Shown piece after piece: positions 25,553 to 39,761 of a DNA stretch of 64,000 nucleotides (positions are counted from its first letter, which is position 1; each line of letters opens with the position of its first letter). The notes beneath the pieces were generated by a model, which saw nothing but the letters and a program-made list of their open reading frames with translations, did no database searches and had not been told where the DNA came from. Both the position numbers and the translations under genes were made by a program. The DNA comes from Octopus vulgaris. Lineage: Eukaryota. The stretch lies in the NCBI GenBank assembly GCA_951406725.2, contig OX597821.1, positions 50,964,001 to 51,028,000 of the forward strand, in the 5' to 3' direction.

Positions 25553-26837
25553 CATAACTGAATGTAATATCAATTTATATATATAAGTTTATTGATGGGA
25601 ACGTTCTGAAAGGCATAAAATATACGCCTCGGCGACAGTAAAAACTGGAGATGCGATTAAAGTTTAGAAGATTTTAATAGATTATATTTTATTGGTTTGG
25701 TCAGAAGAAGGACGAAGGAAAGCGTCTGTGACTATTTTGAAGATCTTAAAGGCAGGTAGAAGGAAGTAAAGAAGCGATACCAGAGTGATGACCTGAATAT
25801 TTGGAACATAGTGTAGAAGTTCCGGGAAGATTATGTGATAAACTGGTTATGTGATAAACTGGAACATTGCAGCTACTCAATAATTATCTTGAGGATTATG
25901 TGGAACTGTACGGTTGGTCAATGCTGTTTCATTTGAGTTAACTGGCCGTGTGATAAACTGGAACATTGCGGAGTCGAAACTAGGATCCATAGCTGATAGA
26001 TTTTGTATGTAGTATGTACATAAAACAGGACATCTACATAATTTGGGACGTAGGTTCTCTGTCATGGAAGAAAATAAATAATAATAATGAGGTAACATTT
26101 ACTTTATTCGTATTATCTCTACGCATCACCGAGCTCCGAGACTATAGATTAGCGTTTGTAACATTGCTCACAAAGTCTTAACTGTTCTTATATATTCTGG
26201 GATAAAGCTAATGGCATTTATTTGACGGCATATATATCTATAGACGGATACATGAGAAATGTAGAATGCCAACTAGCTAAAGAATGAGAGTAAAGAGAAT
26301 TCATATCAGTACTTATTTGATTAACCAACACAACCTTCAAATGCTTGCCGTAGACGTTTCTAACCTTTCGCCATAAAAGTCAAGTTTTAATATATGATCA
26401 ACCGATTATGAGAGGATGAGCTAAAACAATGGAATTTATAATTCTATTAAACGAAATTATGTCTTTAACTGACTTGGACAGGTATTAAATATGAATAAGA
26501 AACCCGTTAGAAGTAGCATTACCAGAAGCTTATCTTTTCCTCTGTGACACTCGCCTCATTATATATAATAGTTCACACTACAGCTTCCACGTTTAAATAG
26601 CATTAATAAAGATGAATGTGTTTAATACCTCTCACACTCGAGCACAAATGCAAATGTACAGATGTACATCAGCATACACAATGCATTGGGTAAGTTCACT
26701 TTTCTGTCTTCTCTCACTTGGGTAGATCTTTTACATGTTCCGTAAAGGCCAGCGAAGACAAGTTGAATTCATACATGCCGCCATCTTTCTCTTTGTTTAT
26801 ATATACATGCACAAGCACATAAACATACACGTAGATG

Positions 26838-26876
<39 letters not shown>

Positions 26877-26884
<8 letters not shown>

Positions 26885-27625
26885 TAAATTAGAGACAAAA
26901 CCACTATTAGGCAAATCAAACAATGAAAAACTTAAGCCAATACATAATATTATTTAATTTATATTATTTAAATATATAACAAAATTATTAAAAAAATATA
27001 ATTTATATACTCTTTACTCTTTACTCTTTTACTCTTTTACTTGTTTCAGTCATTTGACTGCGGCCATGCTGGAGCACCGCCTTTAATCGAGCAACTCGAC
27101 CCCGGGACTTATTCTTTTGTAAGCCCAGTTCTTATTCTATCGGTCTCTTTTGCCGAACCGCTAAGTAACGGGGACATAAACACACCAGCATCGGTTGTCA
27201 AGCAATGCTAGGGGACAGACACAGACACACAAACACACACACGCATATATATATATATATATACATATATACGACGGGCTTCTTTCAGTTTCCGTCTACC
27301 AAATCCACTCACAAGGCTTTGGTCGGCCCGAGGCTATAGTAGAAGACACTTACCCAAGATGCCACGCAGTGGGACTGAACCCGGAACCATGCAGTTGGTA
27401 GACAAGCTACTTACCACACAGCCACTCCTGTGCCTATATATATATTTAAATAATATAGATTAAATAATATTATGTATTGGCTTAAGTTTTTCATTGTTTG
27501 ATTTGCCTAATAGTGGTTTTGTCTCTAATTTAATATAATATAATATTTTACTATAAAATTGGATTCAATCCTAAATCTGATTTTTCCCTGTAAGTTTGGA
27601 TTTATTCCCTAATATTTATTATTAT

Positions 27626-27627
<2 letters not shown>
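26877..27627. mobile_element. Fold-back family P copy 2, with a SINE at its centre
   Basis: Arms about 26877-26978 and 27438-27540, tail 27541-27627 homologous to 15105-15190. Confidence 0.9.
27008..27435 (-). mobile_element. SINE family A, full length, young
   Basis: Reverse complement of 19682-20092 with a (TTTACTC)n tail. Confidence 0.92.
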
Positions 27628-27675
<48 letters not shown>

Positions 27676-27720
27676 AAACAAGTCAGGATAGAAAATGCTA
27701 AAATAATTTTATAGAGAACA

Positions 27721-27762
27721 TTTCAGTACCGGTTACAGTCATTGAGACCTTTTTAACTGTAA
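27721..27762 (-). ncRNA. Decayed hammerhead-like motif, U3-A8 type
   Basis: Minus strand: CAG TTAAAAA GGTC tcaat GACT GTAA CCGG TA CTG; topology kept but both boxes mutated. Confidence 0.35.
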
Positions 27763-27893
27763 CAATTAAATAATTAAATTTAGAAAAATTAAAAGAAAAA
27801 AATTTTTTAAAGGAATATTTGTATAGTGTTCAAATATAAGTGGCATTTTCCTTGTTTCTGCCTTTCTCTGTCTCTCTTGTTTACTCTTGTGGG

Positions 27894-27973
<80 letters not shown>

Positions 27974-28206
27974 AGTATAAAGGAAGAATTTGTGCGTGTT
28001 TGGTTGAATGTGTACATCCGCGTGACTGCTGGTATGTGTGTTTGTGTGTTTGGGCGTGTGTGTGTGCATTAGCCATCTGTGACCTCTGTGGCCTTTTGTT
28101 CAAGGTCAGTTTTTCCGCATATCCGCTGGGATTCGCTTGTCATCCCATAAATATTTATGGGTGTAGTTCCTAATGTGGAGACGGTTAGGACAAAGGGAGC
28201 ACAAAG

Positions 28207-28240
<34 letters not shown>

Positions 28241-29805
28241 TGAGTGACTGTGTCTCCGCTCGTGTGTACTATGCGTATTCGTGTACGTTGTGTGTACGTT
28301 TGTATGTGTGTGCGTGAATCTGTGTTTACTTTTGTGAGTGCATTCCAGTAAGTGTGTGTGTGCGTGCGTATCCGCGTGTACAAAACGTGTGGCAGTTTTT
28401 TTGTATAGGTAAGCTACTATGTGTATGCCTGCGTGTGTGCATTCATGTGTGAGAATGGCTGCATCTATGGAAATTAAGTTTAGTGAAAAGTTTAAATTTT
28501 CGTGTATTGATGATATTCCAGTAGATACTACACTTTTTGCAGAAACATTAAAAAAAAAAAGTTACCGAGTTTTAAATTTCATCATGTTTACTCAGTCAGA
28601 GAACAGGATTTGGAAGATGTTTTATGCTTTGTGTCAACTGTAAACAAATTAAACATTGACGGAATTCTCCTTTACGCAGAATTTTATTGTTTGGAGTTTT
28701 CAGAAAATTTTTGCGAATTTATATTCTACACAAGGGAATTCATACGATTATACTAAAAACAAAAGAGAAAAGGATTCGTGAGAGATTTAAGGCCTATTTA
28801 GCTGTTATTTTTAACACATCTCATACGGCATGTGTTTTAAGCGTTTAATAAGCATCAAAAAGAACACGTGTTCAGCAACTTGGTAACAGCTTGGCTTGTC
28901 TCTATGGAAACAGGAACCTATCTGTTTGTGGCTTTCGATTTGCTAAAATTGCCCCAAATTTGCAAACTTTAAAATCTATTAACTCTTTATTTAGTGATTT
29001 ATGGCGAAAATGATTTCATGTCAATAATTACTTTACAAAAAGAATAAACCAATACACCAAATATAAAATCAGCTGGAACTAAATCAATTGGAGCAAAACT
29101 TGAAGAAACTGAAAAGTGGTAGCCAAACAGAAAAAATCCACTGTATACAATTCTGTGCACGTATGTGCGTGTGCATGTTTGTGTGCGCGCGCGTGGGCTT
29201 GGTGTGTGTGTGTGTGTGTACGGTGCACATTAAACAAACGAGTGATTAGTTAAGTTGGTTAGATATCTAACTGACTAACAATACTTAATTGTATTGTAAA
29301 ATTTTGGGATGGACTTTTTTTTTGCCAAATATCTAATTGACGAACAATAAAAAAGCGATGTGTTAGTATTATTGGTGTAATCACACAACAAGATGTAGTG
29401 TATGATTATATTGTTATTATATTCAACTTGCACTTGATACTATTACTGGAAATTTTATGATATTTCGATTTGTTATTCAAGCGAATTAGAAAATATTTAT
29501 TTCTAACTCCGTATATTTCGTACGAATGTCGTGCCGTTTCAAAGTCTCCATAAATTTGCTACCAGCAAACAGATATGTCAGACTAGACAAATACAAACAG
29601 AAATAGATATTTTACTAAAGATGTCTTTTCAATCAAATCTTATTTGAACGGGTAAAATTTGAATAATATTTAATTGTATATGTCGAGGAAATATATTTCA
29701 ATGTTTTATTGAGTGAAAAATGATTATTTCCCTGAAGGATTATTCAAAAATTTCTTAACTGTATCTTATTTTTTAAGAAATATTCTTTGTTGATATATAT
29801 GTATG

Positions 29806-29838
<33 letters not shown>

Positions 29839-30144
29839 TTTGTGTGTGTGTGTGTGTGTATTGGTGTTTGTCATATCTCAGTAGGATTGCATCATTTTCT
29901 GTCTTAAGTTGTTTGAAGTTATTTATGCTGAAATTTAAACAACTCTGATAATCGAAGAAGATAATCATAAAGCAATCTGGAAAATACAAGCAACAACAAT
30001 AAAGCTAAAGAACTAATAAAAATCATACAAAACAAAACAAAACATATTTTTTCCTATTTCAACACAGAATTGCAGTAATAAAATACAACCACAATACCAA
30101 ATACAAATGTATCAGTGTTATATGAATATTATTAATGCGCTACA

Positions 30145-30216
<72 letters not shown>
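30145..30216. repeat. (CTA)n microsatellite
   Basis: Direct reading. Confidence 0.95.
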
Positions 30217-30217
<1 letters not shown>

Positions 30218-30849
30218 AATGATATTGATCACTTTATTATTTTTCTTTGTTAAGCAAGAATGCTATTAAAACTGATCTTCACCGAAATGAACAAAATTTA
30301 AGTTATTTTATTTAAAGTCTTTTTTTTTTTCTCCTGTACCTTCATGCTTTTCTCATTTTATCTTGAATAAACGCTTTAATTTCCTTCAATTTTGTTTTAT
30401 AAGAAAACAAAATACAATCCCATCTAATATTACTTCACAGACATAAAACCGATAAAAATAATTCGAAATCCTATTTCAAATTGAAGCTTTTCTAAATAGA
30501 GTTAAAAGAAAATCAGGCTATAAAAAGAAAGTAATTTTTGTATTAATGTTAATTTTAAGACAATTCTCCTGGCGGAAATATAACTGTTTAATGATGTCTT
30601 CTGGGAAATATGTCCAAAAATTTCAGTAAATATCACTAAGCACATTTGTTTGAAAAGTACCTAATTTATGAAATTACAAAAACTAATATGTGTGAACACG
30701 TGGAATAGAATATATACTCGCTCTTTCCTTTTCTTTCTTCTCTGCCACATCTTCGCTCTCTTACCCTTCCTCATAATATATATCACTATTCCGGTAAACA
30801 AATGGGAGGAAAATATCCAGCATAAGTTACGGAGCAGAAGTCGAACCTG

Positions 30850-32370
30850 GTGAGTGATTCAAAGCAGTCACCTGGCTACATCAAGCACAATCAAGGAACC
30901 TTGCTCACCACTGTGCAATATCACCACGATCAACGGACACGGGATCGCTTCCCTTAACGCCTACACATTCCTCACACCAATATTTTTACTAAATATTGGG
31001 GGCCTGTTTCATCATAATAAAAGCAAAATTTCCTTCTTCAGAGACCTTGCTGCATGCAATCAAGCCTCATGCAGAGCAATCGGGGAAACTCACCTAAGCC
31101 CTGATATAGAGGAGTCAGAAGTACACGTACCAAAATATACCATACTGCGAACAGACAGAAGGGAAATAAGCCAACAAAAGCGAAATCGTTTTTCCTGACA
31201 GACCTTGCTGCATGCAATCAAGCCCTCTGCATAGCACTCGTGGAAACCCATCTAAGCCCTGATATAGAGGATGCTGAAGTACACTCTAATTGTATACATA
31301 AGGCAACACAATATAGTCATATGCAACACATATTTCCCACCGGATGATCCAAACCAAATTGGTAAGTTTGAAGATTGTCTAATAAGGATTAAAGAAATCC
31401 TCATGAAATTGGAACACCATGTGGGCGTATTTCTTATGGGTGATTTCAACTTCCCGAGGGGTTCTATTTTGCAGTACGCTGCAAAATAGGACCACTCTTC
31501 CAAAAGATGGCTCCCTCACAGATAGTCCAACCAGGATCAGTAAAGTACTGAATGACCAGTTCAAAAGTATCTTTACCACCCCGTTGGAACAGAGGCAAGT
31601 GAACGAACCAGTGGATTTCTTTGTCGCCTCACCTATAACCAGCGTGGCAGTTACGAAGATTTACATCGACATTAGCGAAGAAGATATACCACTAGCCATA
31701 GATGAGGTAGACGCAAACTCAGCTGCTGGTCCTGTTGTTTTCCCAGCAATCCTCCTCAAATCGTGTAAGCGTGCTATGGCGAAACCTCTACATATTCTCT
31801 TCTAGAGCTTTCTTGCAAATGGCAGGCTGCCAAGCAAATTGAAGGAGGGAAAATATGCCAAATCTATAAAGGAGGGAGCAGAGCGGATGCTGAAAACTAT
31901 ATGCCTATCTCTCTAACTTCACACATCAGCAAAGACATGGAACGGATACTCAGAAGGAAACTAATCACATTTCTTGAAGAAAATAGCTTGTTGAGTGATA
32001 TCCGGCATGGCCTTCGACCAGGTAGGAGTTGCTTGACCCAGCTCTTATAGCACTATGACTGGTGTTGAGGCAGTTACTCAACAACTCTAATGTGAACGTA
32101 ATATACCTTGACTTTGTAAAAGCTTTTGATAAAGTGGATCATGGTATGATATGCAACAAACTGCGTGATCTTGGTGTAGCTGGAAAACTTGGAGAGTGGT
32201 TGCATAACTTTTTGAAAGATAGAAGTCAGGCAGTAGTGGTCAATGGAGTCACCTAAAAAAAAACAAAAACCGTAAGCGGTGTTCCACAGGACACTGTCTT
32301 AGGATCACTGCTTTTCATAGTGGCCCTCTCAGATATGCCTTAAGCTGCCTGGATAGCCACCCTTGCTAGC
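30850..32370 (+). mobile_element. CR1/L2-group LINE ORF2 remnant (APE endonuclease plus RT)
   Basis: GETHL, RTDR, MGDFN (APE); YLDFVKAFDKVDH, SGVPQDTVLGSLLF (RT); same family as 22905-24400 in opposite orientation. Confidence 0.92.
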
Positions 32371-33019
32371 TATCCACCGATAGCAACAATAATATATAGT
32401 ATGAACCGGATAAGCAAACCCATTTCAAATAAAAGCTTATAATGTGATGTGCTATGTATTTTCAAAGTTAAATGGAAAATCTATGATCTTTGTTGTATGA
32501 GGTTTGACTTGGGTACAAATGGCCACGTGAACAATATAACTATCACAATACAACACAATGGCCGCCTACCACTAAAAACTAAATCAATGCAACCCACATC
32601 TACACAGCTATCAGCCCACCAACTTTTGAATCCAACTGGCTGCAACAGATATCAGCATCTTCGTCGTCAACACAAGTATGTGTGTGCTTTTATGAGTGTG
32701 TATTAATGTATGTGTGACTGTGAATGGATACCTATGTCTTAAGTCAGAAGTGCAATGGGCGGATTGTCTATAAAATCTTGTGCCCCTTCAGCTAACTGTA
32801 ATCATATAGTACTGTCTCTTCCTCAATCCATCATCATTTCATCTCATTTACGTTATTGCATGGATAGAAAAAAGACAACTTTTCCGCTCTAACCAATCAG
32901 CTCTGTCATGGGCCAATTATTTATTCCATATTTATTGGAGATAATTAATCGCTGCCGCTGTTGAATTTGTTTTCAATTTAAGACGTCTGGAAAGATGTCA
33001 AGCAGACCTGAAGATAGTA

Positions 33020-34055
33020 GTGCGAAAAGGAACCGTAAAGGGATTACACTGGATTTTAAACTTGATGGTTTAAAAAGACTTAATTCGGAAGTAAAAACAA
33101 GTTAATATTACTACGTTAAATCATACAACGTTTACAGTGGGAACAAAATGTAACAACAGAGAGAAAAATATGTCAAGTGCTCAAAAAGCTACTCAGTTAT
33201 CTGCCCGGACTTTATTTTCCCATAGTTCTAATGTAATGCTGAAAATGGAACAACTATCGAGTGCAGCGCTAAATACGATGATAATTTTTTTAAAAAGCCA
33301 AAAATTTATATGACGGTCTGCCGAAAAAAAGGTGAAACTTGTAATGAAAAACCCTTTGGGGATAGTAAAGGCTGATTTGAACAGTTTAAGAAGTGTATTA
33401 AATTGCACAACATAAAATGATTGGACAAACCGCGAGTGCTGATACACAGACCGCTTTTAATTAACGGGCAGTTCAAGAAAATAATTGCTGAACTTGGCTT
33501 CACTCAGAGCAATTATACAATGTTGATGATATTGCACTTTTCTGCGTGTGTATGCCTGTTAGAACTTTTATATCTCGTCTGATGTTGTTTTTTTTTTGAG
33601 AGGAAATGCCGCTGGTGATATGAAATTATAGCCCCTACTTATGTGTCACACTGAAAATCTATAGGCTTTCATGGGTTACATAACTTTGATTTGCCTCTGA
33701 CTTAGCGTTCAAATATGAAGGCAAAGATGTCCAAGATACTTTTCAAAGCGTATGACGAAGAGTCTTTTCAAAGAGTGAATTACAAACGTCTTATTGTCTT
33801 GCATTACGAAGGTACAATGTCACACAACATTGCTTTTTAAAAAATAATGCACAGAACTGCCCAGTGGACTTTGATGACCTTTTTCACTTTTATGTTATTA
33901 TGCTTGTTGCTATTTTCTTTTTTAAAATGTCCGTATGAATGCAATTTGACTTGATAAAATGAAAATCAATGGGAAAATTATTTTCGTATAGCGAAATTTT
34001 GTATTATGGCCAGATTTTCAGGAATGCATTATATCCATACAGCGAGAGATTTCTG
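33020..34055 (+). mobile_element. Decayed pogo/Tigger transposon
   Basis: KRNRKGITLDFKL (psq HTH), EQLYNVDDIALF (FNADETGLF-like), GNAAGDMKL*PLL; ends ...GAGATTTCTG-TA. Confidence 0.8.
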
Positions 34056-34088
34056 TATATATAACCCGGCATAACACATTTTAGTCTG

Positions 34089-34191
<103 letters not shown>

Positions 34192-34857
34192 GCCTGCCTG
34201 CCTGTCTGCCTGTCTGTCTGCATGCCTGCCTGCCTGCCTGCTCTTCCTGGCGCCAATCCTCACATGGTTAGAAGATTGAAACACGGGTACCACTTGTATG
34301 ATGGTAACACTCTTTTACAACAATGCCAAGACAAGGAGACACGCACACGCACACAAGCATATAGATGCACACATATTTATAATGCACACATATTTATATA
34401 TGTGAATAACGAAACAGCAAACGGTTAATACCGTTATTCACATAACGAATTCAGAAAAAATAGGTTTCTGTGAAAAAAGAAAAAAAATTAAATAAATTCA
34501 AATATTGAATAGGAAATACATTAATTAAAAGAGAAATAAGATGGACATTAGTGATAATTCATCACGTTATCTGCACTTCTATTAGTATAACTCAATCGGA
34601 TTAACAGCTCATTCACTCGCTGTCAAAAGACAGAAGGAGAATAAATTATAAAGAAAAAGACATACCTAACTTTCATGCGGCAGAAATGTATGTGTGTTTG
34701 TGTTTGTATGTGTGTGTCTGTGCATGAGACTTTTACGTTTATGGACATCATTCTGCTTGTGTCCATCCATCCATACATACATCCATGCATCCATCCATTC
34801 ATTCATCCATCCATCCACCCATCCATCCATCCATCCATCCATCCATCCATCCATACA

Positions 34858-34891
<34 letters not shown>

Positions 34892-35003
34892 CATATCTTT
34901 CGTTTACTTGTTTCAGTCATTGGACAATAGCTACTCCGAGGCACCGTTTTGAATAGTAATTGTTACAAATGTTGGCATAAGGCCAGTAATTTTATGGGAG
35001 GTG

Positions 35004-35042
<39 letters not shown>

Positions 35043-35114
35043 TTTTTCTAGTTTCAGCTCAGAGCTGCGGCCATGCTGATGCACCGCCGTTATATATATA
35101 TACCAAAGTACTTG

Positions 35115-35182
35115 AAAACCAAAGTACTTGAAAACAATCCACGCAGGCAAAAGCGTGGATTGTTTTCAAGTACTTTGGTTTT
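35115..35182. repeat. 30-bp perfect hairpin with 8-nt loop
   Basis: AAAACCAAAGTACTTGAAAACAATCCACGC aggcaaaa GCGTGGATTGTTTTCAAGTACTTTGGTTTT. Confidence 0.95.
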
Positions 35183-35387
35183 TCTGGGAACCCCTTTTAA
35201 AGTAGAAGGAATAGCTAAAATTTTTGACTGCTATTTCTAAACTTCGGTATGTGGTGAAGCAAATCGTTGCTGAACCCTAATTATAAAGTATTACTTAAGC
35301 TTAGCATGAAATGATATTTTTCATGCCGAATTCTACTTGGTGAAATTACTGATTACTTCTTAATTAATTAATTTTACTCTTTGTTAT

Positions 35388-35421
<34 letters not shown>

Positions 35422-35469
35422 TACGTATATACATATATATATCTATATATATGTAAATACATATGTACA

Positions 35470-35523
<54 letters not shown>

Positions 35524-36452
35524 CTTACATTTATGTATGCACATATATATATACAGGTATACCTCGGCTTAAGTGGTTTCGAGTTAAGTCGTCCTCAATT
35601 ATACGTCGGTTTTCAAAAATAATACATCAAATCTGTACACCACAAATATTGGAATTGTAAAATCATTAGAAAACCGTTAAAAGCACATAAACCATGTTTC
35701 TGTACAATAAATGAGAATTACAGCATATAAAATCATACTAAAATGCGTAAGTTAATGTTAAGACACCAAAAAGTAGTTTACCCCACCCCCGTTAATCTAA
35801 GAGTAGTCTGTCTTATAATTTCTATATGTGTGTTTCTTTGTGTGTGTATATGTGTGCGTGCGCGTATTGTTTTCTAAGAGGAGATAGTCGGTGATTTCGA
35901 GGTTTCAGTTTATATGCAGTCGAATAGCTATGGTTTTGGCTTTTAGCCTCATGCATAGTAATGTGACGAGGGTGAGGAAAGTGGATGTGTAAGTCTGTTA
36001 GTAAGGAGCGAGTAGAAATGATTGTTCAGGAAATGAACAGGAATATATACATATTGGGGTTTTGGGAAGGTGAGAAAGAGGTTGTAAATATATTTTTTCT
36101 AGTTTGAGAAAATAACTTTATGTTCTTCGAAAGCAGCTGCTCTTTGATTATATATATATATGTACAGCTAGATGTCAAAAGTTGGATATATATAGGAGTT
36201 CCTGTTCCAGACAGGTGACATTTAGATCACGTTTGTTAGTCTAATCAAATATTTATATATTAAATACTATTATTTGTTTCAGGCATTTGGCTGCGGACTT
36301 TAATTGAACAAGTTAATTTACCCAAAATTCAGCTGTTCTAACGGCGTCTCTGCGTTCGAAAATGAATTATCATCTTGATTGTTTCTTACAATATATATAT
36401 ATATATATATATAATTATTGTTTGAGGGAATATAATATATTTTATATATATA

Positions 36453-36844
36453 TCTTTATATATAAAAGTAAGGTTGTGTGCTGTCTGTCTCCTACGATTT
36501 AGATTCCTAACTACTCCCACATTTTGCGGTGCAGTTTAACCAAAACCGGGTATCTTATAGTCGTGATTCATATCGAGTCCTTCTGGGTATTAGCGCGCGT
36601 CTACGATGAGTCTACGATTAAAAAAAAAATACCATCAATTTTTCCCATTTTTAATGCATTTTTGGTATATATAAGGGAAGTAACTCTCTAAAAGTTTATT
36701 ATTAAATCTCAGAACGTAAAACGCTACAGTAACACCTCTCTTTGTGGTTAACAATATTGAGATGGCTATTATACTTTACATCTCTAAAATGCTTATATAG
36801 TTATTTCCCTTACAAACCCGAGCAACGCCGGGCGATACTGCTAG
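36453..36844 (+). mobile_element. Non-autonomous Helitron, copy 2
   Basis: A|TC start, subterminal hairpin, CTAG|T end; colinear with copy 1. Confidence 0.9.
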
Positions 36845-36909
36845 TATATATATATATATATAAATTTAATATAGTATAATTTTATATATATATGTATATA
36901 TATATATGA

Positions 36910-36943
<34 letters not shown>

Positions 36944-36952
36944 TTATATATA

Positions 36953-37006
<54 letters not shown>

Positions 37007-37618
37007 TTGTGCGCGCATGTTTTGTGTATACATGTTCGTATATAATCTGTATGTAAGGTATATATATATATATATATATAAATATACTATTTACCTACAA
37101 AATGAAGTTAACGATATTATCTGGAGTACATTATGAAACAGTTGATTCTTTTGCTTTTAACAACAATTTCTGCACAAAGACATAAACATGTATTATACAC
37201 ATACATATATGTATGTATATACATGTGTGTGTTTGTTTATATGTGAGTGTGTGTGTGTGTTTATGGATGTACGTATATACATACATATACATCTATAATA
37301 AAGATACGGATAGAAAAGAGAAAATCACAGTTTTAATCGTTGATTTCAACATACAAAGTCGACGGTTGTTTCTGTTGTATCGACACATTTAGTTACAGAA
37401 GATATCATTCAAATTAATATATCTCAAAACACATGTTAACATATTTGATATAATTAACCAAATTCATTTAAAACAACCCATCATTGATATATTCCTGGGC
37501 GTTCTAATCCCTTTTTTCAGCGTGTATTCATACATGCATGCATGCATACATAGGTACATTCCTACCTACCTACCTACCTACATACATACATACACATCAT
37601 TACATGTATATATTTAAA

Positions 37619-37659
<41 letters not shown>

Positions 37660-37782
37660 AATAGTAAAAAGTGAAAAAACTACAGAAGGCTTGTTTTAAA
37701 AGGTTAAAAAATATATATTTGAGTCATTATGTCTGAAGAATGTTATAAATTTTTTTTTTTTTCATACAATGACATAGCTTTG

Positions 37783-37822
37783 AAGAAATGACCGGTTTCG
37801 CGTTCAGCTTTTCAAATTTCTT
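37783..37822 (-). ncRNA. Minimal type I hammerhead-like motif, U3-A8 core variant
   Basis: Minus strand: AAGAAAT TTGAAAA GC tgaac GC GAAA CCGG TC ATTTCTT; perfect 7-bp stem I, palindromic loop III, GUC cleavage triplet. Confidence 0.65.
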
Positions 37823-37828
37823 ACATCG

Positions 37829-37865
<37 letters not shown>

Positions 37866-37994
37866 TGTATGTATGTATGTATGTATGTATGTATGTATGT
37901 ATATGAACACATAAAAATAGTTCCACACAAATTCATATTTTTACGTGCATGCGACTAAACACGCATACACAGACAAACTGATATCTATCTTTCA

Positions 37995-38345
37995 TTTTTT
38001 ATTTTTTACATGTTTCGATCATTAGACTACGGCCATGCTGGTTTACGGCATAGAATAATTTTTAATCGAATGAATCGAATCCATTCCTTTTCCTTTTTTA
38101 AAGTCTAGTAGCTATTCTGTCAGTTCTTTCGCCGAACCGTTAAGTTACAGGGACGTAAACACACCAACTCCTGTTGTAGTGGGGGACAAACACTCGCATA
38201 TAGAAACGTATTAAACGACGCACTTCTTTCGCTTTCCGTCTTCCATATCCACTCACAAGGCTTTGGTCGGCCCAAGGCTATAGTAGAAGACATATTGCCC
38301 AAGGTGCCGCGCAGAAGGTCTGAACCCGGAGCCATGTGGTTGGGA
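37995..38345 (-). mobile_element. SINE family A, diverged
   Basis: Colinear reverse complement of family A. Confidence 0.8.
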
Positions 38346-38809
38346 CGATACGTACAGACATATAAATAGTGTTAAGAATGTATGAGTGCGTAGGTGTGCG
38401 TGTGAGCAGCTCTAGAAAGATCCAGCAAATTGCTAATAGAACTTGTGGCTTTTGAACCAATTCAACTTTCAATTATGCATTATTGTGATGGAATTTACCG
38501 AAAATTTGAAATTTAATAATTTTCTAATACTGAATTGCGTATTTTAATGTTCATAAACGTTTGAAGTTTTGATTATGTGGTCCTGTGCAGTGACTTTCTT
38601 TAAAACACATCTTGTTTATTTTCATTTACCAGTGGAAAGTGGAAATTTGTTGAAATTGTTATGGCATTTATTTAAATTTGTAATTTTTGTTTTAAAATTA
38701 CAGTTCTTTTTAAGACGCAAGTATATGTTCAATCTAAAAACCAATTATCTTATCAACCACATTATTGCCAAGTGTGAGAGAATGTTTACCAGATGAGATA
38801 TACGTAATG

Positions 38810-39180
38810 AGATATACGGCCAGAACGGTCTCGAACAGGATAACAAAATGGAAAATACCCACAAACGAAGTTGAACATATTGAAACCGACTGGTTAAAAG
38901 AATATTAGGTACTTAAAAATTAAAACATCCACCAACTTAAAACGAAACTAGCCAGATACCGTTGTGTAGGACTAGAAAAAAAAGATATGTTCTGTTGTGG
39001 AAATCAGCTGTCCTCTTGACACGAATGTGGTTAGAAAAATAAGGAGGACATTTATAAAGTATGTGAAAATCCAGTACCCATGATATACTTTGAGATTCAT
39101 ACCTATTATAATTGGAGTAACAGGATAAATACCAACCCCTCTAGAACAAAGTGTGGCTGAACATCTTAAGATTTAAAGGA
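38810..39180 (+). mobile_element. R4/Dong-like LINE restriction-like endonuclease remnant
   Basis: KRN*PDTVV*D*KKKICSVVEISCPLDTNV...RFIPIIIGVTG. Confidence 0.7.
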
Positions 39181-39247
39181 TGACGATTAAGGCAAGATAC
39201 ATTCCCTCACAATATTGGTACAAAGTAGGTGGCCGATCATAATTTAA

Positions 39248-39761
39248 TCTAAAATAAAACTGTAGTTGTGTGAGTGTCTGTCTCCTACGATTTAGATTCC
39301 TAACTCCTCCCACATTTTGCGGTGCAGTTTAACCAAATTCGGGTATCTTATAGTCGTGATTAATATCGAGCCCGTCTGGCTATTAGCGCGCGTCTACGAT
39401 GAGTCTACGATTTTAAAAATAATTTAACATCATTTTTTATTCTATTTTAATGCATAATTTTTCGTATGTCGATGGCGGCGGAGTTGGCGTCCACGCTCAA
39501 ACACCTGCACCTGTGTTTGCTTCTCCCCCTTCTTCCCTCCCTCGTGAAGCTGTGGGGAAGGGAGTTTAAGGAAATCAACGTCGTAATGCGTTGTCAAGGA
39601 GACCAGCGTTCTTTTAGAACAACGACTTCATGGCTTGAAGACACCAAAACAGAAATGGCTAAGAAAGCCCGAATTGGCATCTATAAAGGAAGTAACTCTC
39701 TAAAAATGCTTATATAGTTATTTCCCTTACAAACCCGAGCAACGCCGGGCGATACTGCTAG
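39248..39761 (+). mobile_element. Non-autonomous Helitron, copy 3 (structural variant)
   Basis: Same 5' body and hairpin-CTAG|T end; different internal segment at about 39460-39685. Confidence 0.88.
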
